Counted from the stretch's first letter, positions 11,601-26,200 are shown. The stretch: 64,000 nt of DNA from Raillietiella orientalis (GCA_036172245.1 JAYWIR010000002.1:3162001-3226000); one strand, 5' to 3'. Program-made: numbers and translations. Notes: generated by a model from the sequence alone, not told the origin.

Positions 11601-14600
11601 TCCTCCCTGTGTGCATCTTCCCACAAACCCTTTCGACGACGCTGGATCCAAGACGCCCTAAAAAATCATCAGGGAGACGAGGGACTCTCCAACTTATTCA
11701 GGGAAGCGGGGTCGGAGAGAAACGAAAAATAAACAAACGAACGAATGAATAAAATAAACTGGCTCCCGATCTGTAGAGGGAGGGGGGTTCGCGAGGTTCC
11801 CTCGGAAGGGGAGGGGGTGGATTTCGGAAAAGGAGGCTACAACTCCGCTGCCCGCTTATCCTGATCCCGAAATGATTGTTGTCCAGATGCTTTGATGGCT
11901 GGTCCTGCTTTCCTCCTCCGGCTGATCACGCATGTCCTCACTATTTAAGCCTTCATTGTAATTCCGGGGGAATCGGGGCCATTTTTCGCAGCGGGGTGAA
12001 TTGTTTCTGGCTAGGGAGGGAGAAATGCTGATAGAAAGAGCGGCCACACAGATTGTATCGATCGGTAGAAGGAAGAAAGAGTTGAGCGACGTGAATGCTA
12101 CTCTGCGTCTTTCGGAAGCATTGGTGTTTCACACCCATAATCGATAGTGGTTGGGATCAGAGGTTTGCTGCTTCCCACATCCCCTGTGTTTTTTCACGTG
12201 ACGGCTGAAGACTCGGGTTTTTCATTTCGAGAGGTTTCCCCGTGTACTTTCGTGAGATGACTCGGGAAACGGAATAATTCCTGATGGAGCTCCTCCGCTT
12301 TCCACCTCATCCGCCGTTGCGTTCCAAGTGTGTGTGAAGAGGAGTGCAAGTTCGGACGCACAGAGATCCGGGAATCCCATTTCGCCATCCAGAAAATCTT
12401 TTCGGGCTTTAAGAGTCCGCTGCAAAGCGTTCCATTCAACATGAACGTTGCGCCGAAACTTGTTGCGTGCCAGTACTGTTTCGACTTTACTGGGGGTGAG
12501 TGCTGGTTTTCGTACATGTCCTCACGTCAGAGAGAAAAATGGTAAACTTGTCTGTCTGTCTGCCTATCTGTTTGCCTGTTTTTTTTTTTTTTTTTTTCTT
12601 TTCGTTCCCCCCCTTTTTTTTCTTTTTTTTAATTCCATTTTGGCACCACCGCCGTGCCATTCTGTGCGCCGTTCGTTGCATCTCGTCTGATGACGAAGCC
12701 AAGTGTCAAATGCTTTCGTGTTGCAATTTTCCGCTTGTGTTGCAGATAGAACACTCATTATCAGGGTGGTCGTACGAATGATGAGACCAGTCGGCCTCCG
12801 GTCACGAAAATGAACAAAAATGAAGGTGGTTAGGAAACCGATTTTTTTTTTTTTTTTTTTTTTAGCTTATTATAGCAAATCGGACTCTTCACATTAGCAT
12901 AGCAGCTGGACGACGCTACCGAGCCACAGTTTCAAACCACTGATTTCGAAATAGCTTCTCCTTCCGGAGGCTAACAGACAACTGCTTCTCAAAAGCGCTG
13001 TTGGGATGACAAGAGCCTACACGTCTCGCACCGAGAGCTAACAGCATGTTAACTCAGCATTAGGTCAGTGGATGCATTTGTGAATAAGTGATGTAATCAT
13101 TAATGAAATGGGTCTGTCGGTGTGGAAAGAGTGTGGGTTTAGCGAGGTCGCGCATTTCCGTTGTTCCCGGTAGGTCGAATTCTCACGCGCCAAAGTGTGT
13201 AGCCGTTTTCTCGCCGATAACCGACGGTTTCAGAAAAGTCCCGGTTTCGCGGAAATCCCCCACCCTCACCTCCTGGTTGACCGATCTTCCGGCTGGCCCA
13301 GCGCAGGCTGGCTCCGAAGATGTGTACCACTGTTTGTTTATTCCTAGTGGGTACATATGTGTAAGTTCATATCCTTGCCAGAACGATAACAAGGGTAAGG
13401 ACGATTGTGCACATGTTTGTCTAGCTATTGTGGGTCCTGGTTGTTTTCCCTGTGTTCGAGAACAAAGACCCAAATTTCTGGCTAGTTTGCAGGAATTCGA
13501 GCGGGGGTTTCCGTGTAGTTCGAAAAGCAGTGCCTCGCTAGCTGTGGATGTAAGAATCTCACCGTTTTCAGTAAATTTGAATGGCATCGCAATCGCAAAA
13601 AAGATTTGAGCGAGGACTGTGCAACTCTCTTCTCATTCTTAGAGCTCAGAGCAGCAATGGAACGTACATCAATCACCATCACCAAACGAAAACTTATGCC
13701 GGTGTAAATGCGTTTTTGCTGCATTGGGGGGAGGGGGGGGGAGGTCATGTGCCCACCTTGAATCGTGCAAAGTCGTGTCCGCGCAAAGAAACACCGCGAA
13801 ACACCGAGTGATTTCGTGGTGTTCCTTTAGGCCTCTCCTTTCACGCTTACTGAAACTGCTGGCTGAAATTCGTAACCAAGCAACGTACGTTGGAGAATTT
13901 CGAACGAGATCCGGTCAAATTTCGTCCCACTGTGGAAAATGCGGCGCAATTCGGTTGTTGCGACTTGAGAAGGAGATGAAAGAAAGGAAATGAAAGTTTT
14001 TCTTTATTCCTGTCAGAATGAAGGAAACCTTTTTTTTTCTTTTCTTCTTTCTTCTTCTGGATGTCTTTCGCATTCTCCGGGAAAATGTGATCAAGCGGAG
14101 AGGGAAAAGCATCGGTTCTATTTTGCTACACGGTAAAGGCGAAAGGGCACTGAAAGGGGGTAGCGGCGTTCTCCCCGATACGATTCAAACGGCTGAATCC
14201 CAATCGCAGCTGCCGCCATCATCTTCAGCTGGTGGCAGGCGGCCCGGGATTCGCTCCAGAGGCAAGTGCGCACCCCTCGAAACGCTCGGAGATCCTGCGG
14301 AACGCGGGCGCGCCGGCTTGGAGGTCAGCTGCCCCCACCGCCGACGTTTCGCACCGACGCTTGCACCGTTCCTTCGGGGCACCCAGGAAGGCGTTCTTGG
14401 AACTGCATCTCCTGTGCAGCGGCTCCTGCACGGTTCTCGAATCCAGCTTGAATTGCCATCCGGGTATTTCCTTGCATTGCTGGAGACTTCCTGCTTCCTC
14501 CAGGGTGCACTCTTTTTTCAAACAGAGGAGATGCGCTTCCAGCGAGGAGACAGCAGTGAACCGATGTTCAGGAGAAACCATCGGATAGTGATTGGCGCGT

Positions 14601-17600
14601 GGTCCGGAGGAGTCGCTCGCAGTAACGTTCTGTACCCGGGCGTCCGAGGATGTTTCACTGTAAATAAAAGCTACAGGGTTAAACAAGTGGGAGATGAAAT
14701 TGTACACTCGGAACAAAGGAAACGTCTGGATCATTCCGTATGAGGGGGGAGGGGTTGCCGTAAAGCAAGCAAGTCGGGAGACCTGGAATCAATAAGCGGC
14801 GTTCCGGAATTCCGTCGCCTAGCATAAAGAGAAGGGAATAATTCTATCGGATAATTGGCCGTTTCTCAGGAACCTGCCTCGAAATGCTTTCCAGTTTCGG
14901 ATGCTGGGATTCTGTAATCGGAATGCAGCTCTCTTTCGCATTAGGGTAATCAAGGAGAATTAGCATACAAAAAATCTCATCTAGAGAGATGCGCACAGTA
15001 CGGAGCGTTTTCTTCTTCTTCCTCCCCTCTCCCCCCCCCCCCGCCTTTCCGCTTTCTGTTCCTTGCGGCATTGGTTCCAGAGGAAGCACTGGCAGCCGTG
15101 TCTTCTGGGTTTTGTGGAAGACTCTTCCTTCCCTTTGATGAGGCAGATTTCTGCCTCCGCGCGCCGTCAGAACGATCCTCTCTTTCTTTCTCCTTTTTTG
15201 TTTTGTTTTGTTCTGTTTTTTTCATTTTCGGTCGCCTCTTAATTTCTTCGGCTTTTCGTCCATGAAATCCGAAATCGCTCGGCCCGGCGATGCGGAAAAG
15301 TCAGAAAAGGAGGAGGGGAAGGAGGACCGAGTTGCCGTCTTCGGCGGCGGGTGTTCCGCAGCACGGGGAGAGCCGGCGCCGTCGACATCAGGAGGGGGAA
15401 GGCCCGGGGCTCTCTTCAGCGCAGCTTCCCACCCATCCCCTTCCGCCCCGGTGCCCCGCGCTGGTCAGTGGGGGAGGGAGGTCACATCCCCGCCTGGGGG
15501 CTCCACTGCCTTTCCCGGCGACGGGCGGCGAGGGATACCTCACGCGGACCCTTCGGCACCCAAACGGTGCCTCAGCTCCATTCTTGAGAAGCGGCGGGGG
15601 CGGACTCGCGCGCGCACCTGAGCGGGGGAAGGAATCGCCCCGCTCTTCGACAGTGGTGCGGACCCGAGGCGGGGCAACCTGCCTCCCTCCCAGCTGGCGG
15701 CAGCCGGCGCGACTCTGTAGGCAGCTCGCCCTTGGCTCTCTTCCCTGGCGTGCGGGTTCTTCCCTATCGCCGTCGTTCGGAGTGAGACCTGCTAAGGGTT
15801 CGCCACGGGGCATGGCATGCGGCCGACGTTTCCACTGAAGTGCCTCCCCCCCTCTACCCTGAGGACCGGTGCGAGGAGGATGGCGTGCTCAAGAGGCTCT
15901 TCCTCCGATCTCGAGAGGAAGACGCGGGGCAGGGGACCTGGTCGACAGGGAGTCGAGAGGAATTTCCGAAGGAACGTGTCCTGTGCCGAGTGCGGGTGCG
16001 AGGTTCGCGTTGCCCTCCCCCTCCCGACGGGGCCCCGGCAACGGGTAGGGCAGCGGCTCGTGCGAGGCGGCCGCGACTGCTTTCAGCGGAACGTCGTCCA
16101 GCAAGAGCTGGCGGTTCCGAGAACATTCCGGCGCCCATTCCTCTTTTGCTTCATCCTTCGGCTACTTACCGCGGTAAGTAGGGAGGAGCGCACGGCCCTG
16201 CCCTTCGGTTTCGCGTGCTGCTGCTGCTGCATCCGCTCACACGGGGGCAACCGAGGTCTCTTGCGTCCCGAGGAGGTTCCTTCGTAGGATTCTGAGGGTC
16301 GTAGGCGGCCTCCGCAGCGCTCCTCCCCGCGCACGCGCGTGCAAACGGGAATCTTCCCAGGGGGATCTCTCTGTGGTTGCACGGGGAGGTGGGGTGCGTT
16401 TCCTTCGGAACCGAGGAGGAAGCAAAGCTCCTGCTGGAACGAAGGCGGATGACCGTCGGGAGCGGTCAATGAGCCATGCAGACCCAGGGTTTCTTCCTCT
16501 CTGGTGCGGGTGATGGGGTACTCCATGCAGGAAGTCGCGGGGAGAGTCCGGAAGTCCTCCCGCCCTCACTACCGGAGCGGGCACTCGGGTTCTCGCGGAG
16601 TCCTGCTGGTCTCCGCCGGTCCTTCAAGATGGCGTCCAGTATCCGCGGCGCCCGCGCGGATGCGACCCGGTCCATTGTTGAGCGCTACGCGGGTTCGAAA
16701 CCGGGCGAACGCGCAGGCTGAGTCGGCGCTCACCAGCAGCCAAACGACAGCGGCGAAGTGGACCTCGTCGTGGCGCGGGTTGTCACCGAGCCCCATGATC
16801 CATGTCCAGGGGAAAAAGCGAGTCGGCGCTGCACCGAGCCTCGAGCAACCGACGGACCCGGCCGGGTGCGCGCCGGAGTCCCTCCCAGCACGATGACGCT
16901 CGCGTCCGCGACCGGGAGTGCCGCTGGCTCCTCGGGAACCGAGCGCTCCGCCGCCCCACGCAGCCTCCTCATTCCCGGAGGGAGAAACTCCTTCGGCAGG
17001 GTGACCTGCTTGGCGTATCCCCCGATGAAGTCGAGAAATCCGTCACGCGCGCCGGCGCCGCGGCGTCTTCCAAGCATGGCGCGTCGTCTCCCCGGTTGCC
17101 TCTGATGCCACTCGCGAGAGCCACAAACCCGAACTGGGTCCCCTCCGCGGAAGCCCTCCCGGAGCTCGGACAAGGGTCGTTCACAAATGCAGGACCACAC
17201 CCCAGCAACCGGGGCTCGGGAAGGGGACTGAGGGCCGCCTGCGGAGGGTCTTCTAACGACCGGGAAGGGGAGCAGTGGGGACTCCCGAACGTTTTCACGG
17301 GTGGTTTCGCGGGCGCACGCCGGGCCTCTCCGGAAAGGTCCCTGCAGCTGCGTCTCTCGCGGGGGCGGGGCGTTCAACGGCGAGGGAGGCCGTCGTGGAG
17401 GGGAGGACGAAAGAAGGATGGGGGAGGAGGAGGAGGAGGAAGGGAGGGTGAGGGGAGAGGATTCCCCCCTCGCGCGTGATTCAAGGGAGGGAGGGGGAAT
17501 TGGAAGTTTTTTTTTTTTTCTTTTTTTTCCCACTGCCTCCGGGGGGCATCCCGGAACGCGATTACGTGGGACAGACCGGCGTGACCTTCGGCTGCAGGCG

Positions 17601-20008
17601 CAGATCAGGCACATTTCCTTCCCCTCTCTCTCTGCCGCCTCCGGAGACGCCTTTCCCTCTCGACGCATCCTCGACGCCGGGCTCCCTCCCTCTCTCCCAG
17701 CCGGCGCCCGGAAGTCCGGGGAAAGTCACGTGTCGACGGGCGTCCTGCGCCTTTCCGTGCGCGGCGGGGAGGAAACCTCGCGGATGTCTGATTCCTCCTG
17801 GGAAAGCGTCTCCGTGGAGACCGAGGGGGGAGGGGGGGAGGAGGTGGAGGCGGCGGCTCGTGCGTCGTACTCCGCGCCCCTCCTTCCCCTCCGACGCCGA
17901 CTACGAGACCCTTCCAGCTTTGACCGCTTGACAATCACGAGCGCCCGGCCATCTCCGTCTGTCCTGGGGGCAAACTCTCCCTTCCGGACCCTGCGGGGCG
18001 TGCGCCCCATGGCGTCCCATCCGCAGAATGGGGAAGGAAGGAAGCGAGGAGGTGGGGGGAAGGAGGGGGAAGCTGGGAACACCTCGACGCTTTCCCTTTC
18101 CCCGCTCGAACGCGCCGCACGCGGGATGCTGTCTTTCATCCCGGCAGCATCTTCCTCGCTCCGGGGTTCTCAGAGAGCGAACGATTTCTCACCGCAGCAG
18201 CTGCACCTTCGATCCCCGTCAGCTCTCCTGGGCGAGCGGCCAGGGGAGTGACGGAGGGCCTGCGGGTGGCGAGGGAGCGGTGCCGTTTATCTCGGCTTCC
18301 TGGAGGGACGGGAGCGCGCGATCACGGGGACCTCTAGCCTCGCAGGCGGCCACCCTTCCTTCCCATTCCGCCGCACCTCGGTGCCGCGACATCTTCGGGG
18401 GGCTTTCCTGCGGCGCCGGCCGGGCACTTCCCGGTTCCATCCAGATCCTCTCTGCTGCTGGAGTCGTCCCTCCCTCCTCCCCTCCCAGATGTTCGTTTCC
18501 TCCTCTCCGAAACGACCCGGTCCTCGGGTCACGATGAAAAGTCCCGCACGTAGCTTCTGGGAGCAGAGCGAGCCGTCACGGAGGACTCCTTTCTCCGCCT
18601 CGCCGCGCAGGCTCCACCTTCTATTGCGTTCCGAGAGCCTCCGGAGGATGGCTGCTGCTGCTGCCGGAAGAATCGCGGCTCGCGCGAGGGCGTGAATGTG
18701 CGCTCCTTGGTCCGAGTGCGCGCGCACTCTCCCGGCCCTCCCCCTCCTCTCTTTCCCGAGGGCCACCCGAACAAAGCTCCTTCCGGAACCTGCCGAAGAC
18801 TTTGGGAGTGGGCGGGTCAGGGAGTTTCCCCGGAGGACGAGGGGCCCTCTTCCTCCTCCTCCCCTCCTCCTCACGGGGATCCGGTCCGCGTTCCTCTAGG
18901 GAACCGTTCGTTTCCAGGAGAGGAAAGGAGGGCGAGCCGCGGCCTCTCTCCCTTCTCGAGAGGCATCCGGGGTCGTGAATTATGGGGTGCCGCCACCATT
19001 TCAATGATGCCCAGCGAAATTGCCACGGGGAGGGCGCGAAAGATGCCCCGGAAGAACCGCGAGCGATTTACAGCACGGTAAGATAACTTTCCGGGAATCG
19101 CGCCGTAATCGGGGAAGGACGAAGGGAGAATTTGGAATGGGAGGGCGCTTCTTCCTCAGGAGAGCAGGAGGAAGGAAGGGATTGAGTAGCAGGTCGAGAG
19201 CCCTAGAGGCGGTGGCGGGGGGGGGGGGGGCGCAAGGTTCGCCGAGTCCGTTCAAAGGCTGGCGTCATGGCGGCGGCGGCGGACCCGGAGGGAAAAGTGG
19301 GCGCGCGGCGAGAGAGAGGACGGCTAATTGTCAGCAATCAACCAAGCTGAATTATTCATCGGCGACGAAGGCAGGAGGCACCGGCTGGAGTTCGCCGCTC
19401 GTAACTCCGGCAACGGTTTTCCGTGGAGCCCGTTGTCAAGGTAATTTTGGTCTGTCGGGGAGCATCGGGAGGAGGGAGTGCGAGGGGGGGGGGGGAAGAT
19501 GCTCGGTTTGAGTGCTTGCAACCGGCATCCCGGGAGCCACTCACGCTGGAGAAAGCGAGGAGGTCCGGAAGAAGGCCACGCCGGGCACCCACGAGATGGC
19601 GCTGACTCGGTCTGAAAGTGAACCTTCCCCTACCTCCCCCGTTTTCCCTCGAGTCTGCACGGCAGGCGCCTCCTCCTCCTCCTTCCTTCCTCGCCTTCTC
19701 TTCCTCCTTTCCTCCTCCTCGTCAGCCTGCTTGCTCGCACTCTTCAGCGTCCTCCTTCTGTCACTTTCCGGGTCCTCCGAGTGACTCAGCACTCGCTTGA
19801 CCTCCCGCCGTTTGCGTCAGGGCTGAAGCCCGAATCCTCCTTGGCTCCGTGCTGCGAAGGAACCGGCAATCTTTACGTCCGCACGAGCAGGGTCTCTCGG
19901 GGTTGCCTGCGGCCTAGAGTGCCCCGGGCGTTCTCGCTTGGTGGTGACCGAGGGAGGGGAGGAAGAAGGGGCGAGGGAGGTTGTCTGTTTCCCACTTGGC
20001 CACCCTAG

Positions 20009-20286
20009 ACGAGACAGATCCTCCTCCTCTGGGCCGGAACACACTTTTCCATGCGGAAAATCGGGAGGTTCCTCCCGTCACGATCCCTCCTGAGGTGAGG
20101 GCGATCCACACCAAAAGTCAGGAGACCTGGGTGACGTGGGAGAAGACAGTCGCCGTCGGGTTCACCAGCACCCTCTCCTCCTTCCATCTTCCCGGCTGTT
20201 CCACCCTCGTGAGGGAGTGCACTCAGATGGAGGGCTTGTCCTACCCCGTCGTCAAGGAGACGCTTTCTGAAGGCGCCCGATGCTGA
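20009..20286 (+). CDS. Possible terminal exon of an unidentified small gene
   Basis: CCCTAG acceptor (AG 20007-20008) is followed by a phase-1 frame ETDPPPLG...TKSQETWVTWEKTVAVGFTSTLSSFHLPGCSTLVREC...ARC*. It has C/G-ending codons and lacks the Arg/Pro/Gly bias of neighbouring spurious ORFs. No homology recognised. Confidence 0.25.
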
Positions 20287-23200
20287 GGCGGGAAGGAAGG
20301 GAGGAAGGGGAAAGGGGAGGCAAGAAGGTCTTTCGCGTTCGATTTAATTGATGGCGCAGCTGTCCCAAGTCGGGGAGTCCGAAAGGCTGCCACCGGTCTT
20401 TTCCTCTATGGCGCCCTCACACGGAACAATCGGATGCGAGCGCGCGAGAAGGAAAGAGTGTGATTCCGAACCGCCCCTCGGTCGCTCCTTTTGAAAGTAC
20501 GACCTCCCCTTCCTCCACGGAGCAAAAGGACCTGCCTTCCGGATCTTTCCCGGTTTCCAGAGGGCCGGCGCCTCTTCCAAGCCCTCCCTCCCCTCCTGCG
20601 GACACCCTTCATGTCCTCCATCTCCATCGCCAGCAGACCTCACGCCCCGCAGTTCAGTTCGGAGAATTTCCGGTTTGGTGTTCCCTTCGGCTAAAAGGGC
20701 GCGACGTGGGACCTCGGAGAGGGCCGTTCCTGAGAAGATGCGTCTGGGACGGGTGCGGAGAAGAGCAAAGGAGTGACGCGTCATCGGTGCGTCCAGCAAG
20801 CGCCGCGGCGGATGCGCTCGCGTCCCACCCGTCCCTCGCGGCGCACGGGGAGCAGAGGACGCGCGTGTTGCTAGAAGGGATTGGTGGGTACACGCCCCTG
20901 GGGCACCTTCGGGGACAGAGGAAAGCGGGGAAAAGGAAGGACGGAGGTCGGCGTGCTGCTGCTGCACAGCATCTCTTCCACCTGAGTGACCCGCGTGCTG
21001 CAATGGCAGCAGTCGGCTGCCTCACCCAAAGTCCAGCGGGGCGGACGGTTTCGGGCTCTTCGGTTTCTTCCGTGGAGGTCGCTGTCATCTTTTCCGCCTT
21101 CGGCTCTCTCCGGGGCGCATCCTTCCCGCCGAAGAAGTGCCGGGCTATCTCGTGGGTCCCTCCCCATCGATCGTAGGGCTGCCGTCTTGGGTTGTCTGGA
21201 CGGCCTCCTTGTGGAACTGTGGAACGCAGAGACCTGAGGACCACGCGCCGCTCTAGGTCGCTCGGCAGAACTTCAGTTCGCTCTCCCTCCTCCTCCTCCT
21301 CCTCTCTTCAGGAGCAGTGGGAGCGGTGGAGACCGGTGGACATTCTCTTTCACAGCCTCTCTCTCCCGCTCTTTCGCCTTGCTCTCGGCGTCCTCTCGTA
21401 CGTGCAGCTTGGGGGGAGGTCCTCTTTCTCTCCAGCGACCCCTTCCCTGCGGTGGCGGTCCTCGAAGCTGCTGCTGCGCTTGTGCCCACCGCACTCTCGC
21501 AGCGGATGCCGGAAGTGGGTCGACCTTGGCGCTCACTCCCCAGAGGGAAGGCGGGCTCCGACTGTGACTCCTCCGGAAGCGGCGAGCGCCCCGCTCCTCG
21601 GTCCGCGTTTCCCCCCCTTTTCTTCCTTTCACCCCCTTCCCTTCCCCCTCAGCAGCCACTGCAGCCGCACGACGCCGTTTCCTTGCATCCCTCGGCTGCA
21701 GAGACTTAGCATCTCCTCCTCCCGAGTTATTTATGATTTTTGCGCATCTGATCTGCGCATCTTACAGGGCTCCTTCGTCTTCCTCCCTGCATCTCCGTGA
21801 CGCTTTCGTTCCACCCCCCTCCCGCTCGCGGCAGGGACGGTCATGTTACGTGCCTTCGAGTGCGGGCGTTCTTCTTCTGGAGAGGGGACAAGGTAGGAGG
21901 AAGATCGAGAAGGGTGGCCTCTCACGGCAGCTGCGGTCCCCCGCCACCTTGGATGCGGATCCAGCTCGAGGGAGTCCTCCTTCGGTCCATCGTAGGCGGC
22001 CTGCGGAAGGGGAGGGAAGAAAGAAGGTGAGGAGGGCTACCGGGTCCAGCCCTTGGACGCGCGCGTCCCGGCGGTGTCTTCGTCACCCACAGCGTCACCT
22101 CCATCAACCGGTCAGCTCCACGCGGACACCTTGCGCCGCTTCCTCGTCCGCTTTCGTGTGCACCCGAGCTCTCCTGGCCGACGAAGAGCGCACCCTTCCC
22201 GAGTGCTTGAGCGCGCACAACTCACTCCTGAGGCCAGGTGAAAGAGCTCCACCCTCACGGTCGGCCACAGGAGCAGCCTCCAGGGGGTTCCGTCCACGCT
22301 CCCGCAGCCAGTCCGGCGGGACGACGAGGAACGCACGGGCGCGAGTAAGGAGCGTATCTGGAACGGGGCTCCTCTCCTCGGGGGTCACCGCGGCTCGGGG
22401 AGTCGGCCGACCTTGTGCTCTCCGGGGACCACGGTCTCATCCAGGGAGGCGCCCACTTCCGCGTCCCGGCATTCCCTTTCCGATAGTCGACGCCGTCCCT
22501 GGGAGGTTCCCTGTGGCGAGGTGGGGGAGGGGAGGTCCTCCTGAGCCGCGCCTTCCAGGAGCTGGCGAGTGGGGGCGAACTGAGCACACGTTCCCCTCAT
22601 CCCGCCGTCCCGGTTTCCAGGGGTCCCTCCCCCTGCGTCGCCGTCGTCTTGCCAGCCTGGGCTGTCCGTGCAGCCAGGGTCTCTCTTTCTCTTACCCTTC
22701 CCGGTTGCCGTGGAAACGCGGGAAAGCGCGCGGCTAGAGGAACGCACGAGAAGTTCCAGTCTTTGGAGGCACGCGACCGGTCAGCCTGCCTCCCCCGCCC
22801 CTACGCGGGTCGTGACCGAAGGCGGAGCTTCTTCTCTCAGTTTTCTTCCTCCCTCCTTTTTCCGCTTTTGGTTCCTCCGGCTGGTCAGTGGGGCTCGTGA
22901 GGCGCTTCGTGGGACGTTGCAGGGCAAGGTCCCAAGGTCCAACGGGAACCGGTCCTAAGCGTCCCGGGCCTCCAGCGGCTCGCCGCCTCAGGGCGAAAGA
23001 AACCCAAGAGTGCGTCTTTCGGAGGAGCGCCTTCACCCCCTTCCCCCCTTCGTCGCGCGTGCTGCTGCGCGTCGCCCGCCTGCCCCCCCGCGGCCACATT
23101 CCGCTCGACGGGGACGGTCGCCCGGGGCACAGAAAGAGCCCGGGAAGCTACTGGTGCGCGCGCCTATGCCGTAACTGTGTGACCAACCCCCTGCACCTAC

Positions 23201-26200
23201 CCGGGGCCATCCACCCCCCGCCCGCCTGTTCCCATGAAGTCGCATGATCCGCGGCGCCTGGAGGAAGGCGGGTCCGTCGCCACAGAAACGTTCTGGGAGA
23301 CATGTCAGCTCTCGCATGCACGCATCCCCGAGGAATCCAAGCGCGCGTGAATTCGCGGGCACAACCGCAGACGGCCCCCCCGTCGGGGTTCGTGGGCGAC
23401 TCCCGAGCGTGCTCGCCACCCGCCTTCCTCCTCGTCTTCTCGTCCCCGAAAAGGCGTCAGCCCCTGCGGGGTTCGCCTCGGGGAAGGAGGGGTCGTCCAG
23501 TGCCCCTCGCACTGCAGTGGTGGCGGGGTCGTCCGCTGGGGCATCCGGGGGGGAGGGGGGCAGGGCGGGAGTAGTGCCGACGGCGCCTTGCGGAGGCACG
23601 TGAAGAAGACGCCCACGATTCCAATTTCACTCCCAATCCCGGAATCTCCCATGACGGCAACGGAGGAATCCGAAATCCGGCGCATTCCAGTTCGAGGGAG
23701 TTCTAAAAATAGCTTTTTAATTCGCCTCGCTCGCGCTCCTCCGGGAAAAGTTTGCCCCATAACGCGTCGCGTTCCCAACTTGCTGCATGAGCGCTGTTCT
23801 GGGAAGGCACTCGGATGTTCCCTCGACGGGACTCACGGGAACGCCCCTCCCTGCTACGGGAACGGCCCCGCTTCCCACTGAGGGCGCCCTTCGACTCCCG
23901 GCCCTCAGGGTTCCTAAGGAGTTACCGGTTTCACCTGGCCGTCGGACCCCTGGCCGATCGAGGGGACGATCGGATCTTGCCGCAGGGCGCAGGGGGAGTA
24001 CCGGAGCGTTTCAGACCGAGCCATCTGACCGGGGAGGATGCGTTCCTCTTTCGTCCCGAATGTTCTCGTGTTTCACCTGGAGGGGGACGGAGCGAATCTC
24101 CCCCTTCCAGGCCGCGGAGCGAGGGCGTGCCGAAGAGAACAAGGATGGTGCCCGGGGCGAACTCGCTCCCTGAGACTACCAGCGGGAGTGGCTCCTTCAG
24201 AGGAGAGTGCCGCACGTAGCGGAATGAGAGAGGGACGCTGACCGCTCCGTGTCCCTGTCGCGACGCCGCCGTTTCTCCAGCTCCCCGCACCGGAGGCGTG
24301 AGAGCAGCTTCCGAATGTGGATGGAGGGACTCGAGGTGGTGGGGGCGGCCGACGGGGCCGCCGCCTCTTGAAGGGCAACCTTGACTACCACGAGATACGC
24401 GGACCGGGGCACAGTGCGACCCCTGCTGCTCCCAGGTCCCGCCGGCCGGCCGAACAGTCAGCGCCGTCGTTTGCGTGCCCGCAGCCGCCTCGGAAGTCAG
24501 CGGGAATGTCGAGGTGCAGAGCACTCTGTCTCAGCGAATGACGAGTCGCCCATCCGGACGAATGGGAGTGGGTCCGGCAGGTTTAGGATAAGTGCGTGGC
24601 GTGTGTGTAGCCTGAAGCGGTGGCATCGTCATGAAGTAGGTGGCTCCTTCTCATGACGAAAGAGAGACGGCAAGGCGGCTGCCACTCGGACAGCCTCGCC
24701 CTAGCAGCCTCCATCGTGGAGACGCCTTCTCTTCTCTTGTCTCACCCAAGAGGGTCGACAGTGGGTGGCTCCCTTTCCCGGAAGACGGAGCCGACCTGCA
24801 TCCACTCCAGCTGCCACTCATCAGAGTCGCCCTGATCGCTGCGCTGAAGAGGACAGGGTCACTCCCCTCCGCAACATGTCTCGGGGCAGCAAAAAAGGGA
24901 CCTGGCGATCTGCAGTCTCCAGAAGGGTTTCCGAAGGGAATCAAAACGCGAGTCCTCCCTTCCTCCTCTCCCTTTCTTCTTCACCACCCTTTCTCCTCCT
25001 CTTCCCTTCCTCTTCTTCCCCTCTAGTTGGTCATTTCGCCCATCAGCCGCTCAGCCTTCCCTCCAGTTTTGCCCTCCGTGCGCCTGTGGAACGCGTCGCA
25101 ATGAACATCGAAGCCTGCGTGATCCCTGGCTTTTCCGATGACTCGCGCGGCACGCGCACGACCGGCTGACCGACAGAGGAGGGCCTTCACTCATCTGCGA
25201 GCAGTCCCCTGCTTCCCGGCGAATCCTGCCGGTGGATCTCCTCCGGCGAGCAGTCTGGCTCCGGACGGTGCGTCTCCGCACGCGGTGCCCGAAGCTGCTT
25301 CCGGAGCTCTTCGAGACTCCCTAACGACGTCCCAGCTCTCGCCACTTCTGAATGCCCGGCCGGCTTACGTTGTACAAGAGCAAACTATAATTCGTGTATC
25401 AATGTTTGCTCGGCACCTGGTTTTGTTCCCGAGAAGCGGGAAAGTAGAACCCGGGATGGATTCCGAGACCTAGATCGTCCCGGCAGTTTCCTCCAGGGGT
25501 CCAGAGCGGCGGGTGCGAGATCAAACGTGCTCTTTTCGCAAAGGCGAAAGAGGGGTAGGGGAGATTCCTGCGCGCCTCAGCCGATCGCCTTCGGTGTGGC
25601 GCCCCGCTGCGGGAAGGGGGAGGGGCGCATCCTGAAGTCCGAAACTCCTTCCGGATGGCCGTCGCCAAAGGCAGCGGAAAGCTGACCACGCACCCCACCA
25701 CACCCTACTCCGCACGAACGTTGCGAAGGGGGGAGAGGGAGGGGGAGAAGACCAGACAGTGGGATGTCGGCATTCGGAGCCCTCGAGCGGAGCGCGTGCC
25801 GATGCCGTTCTTCTTGCAGGCGCGACTCGGAGACCTCCGGCGGCGGCGCAGAATGAAGCACCCCAGCACCCGTCTTCTCACCGGTGCGTACCGAGACAGG
25901 AGACCTCTTCCGCTTCTGCCGGATGCGACAGGAGGGGCTCCTCGTCGTGGTGGTCTCGACTCCCGGGTTGGCACGAAGCAGTGGTCGAGGAGCACGGAGC
26001 GTCGACCGACCACAAGGGCCAACGGGGGGGAAAGGCGACGGTGGGATGTGGAGTGGAGCGGAAGGGGGTGGGAAGGAACGTGCCTGCGGCGGGGTTGCCA
26101 CGAGATGGTCGCCGCCGCCCCGATGCTGCCTGAGACTTGGCACCTCCTCCCGGCTCCTGTGAACCTCGGATTAGGCTGACAAGCGGGCGCGTGACGTCCC

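Noticed and set aside
12778..12810. Hammerhead-like ATGATGA-GACC...GGTC-ACGAAA
   Set aside because: The core C is missing, there are extra bases before GAAA, and no stems I/III could be found. The similar motif at 34661 also fails.
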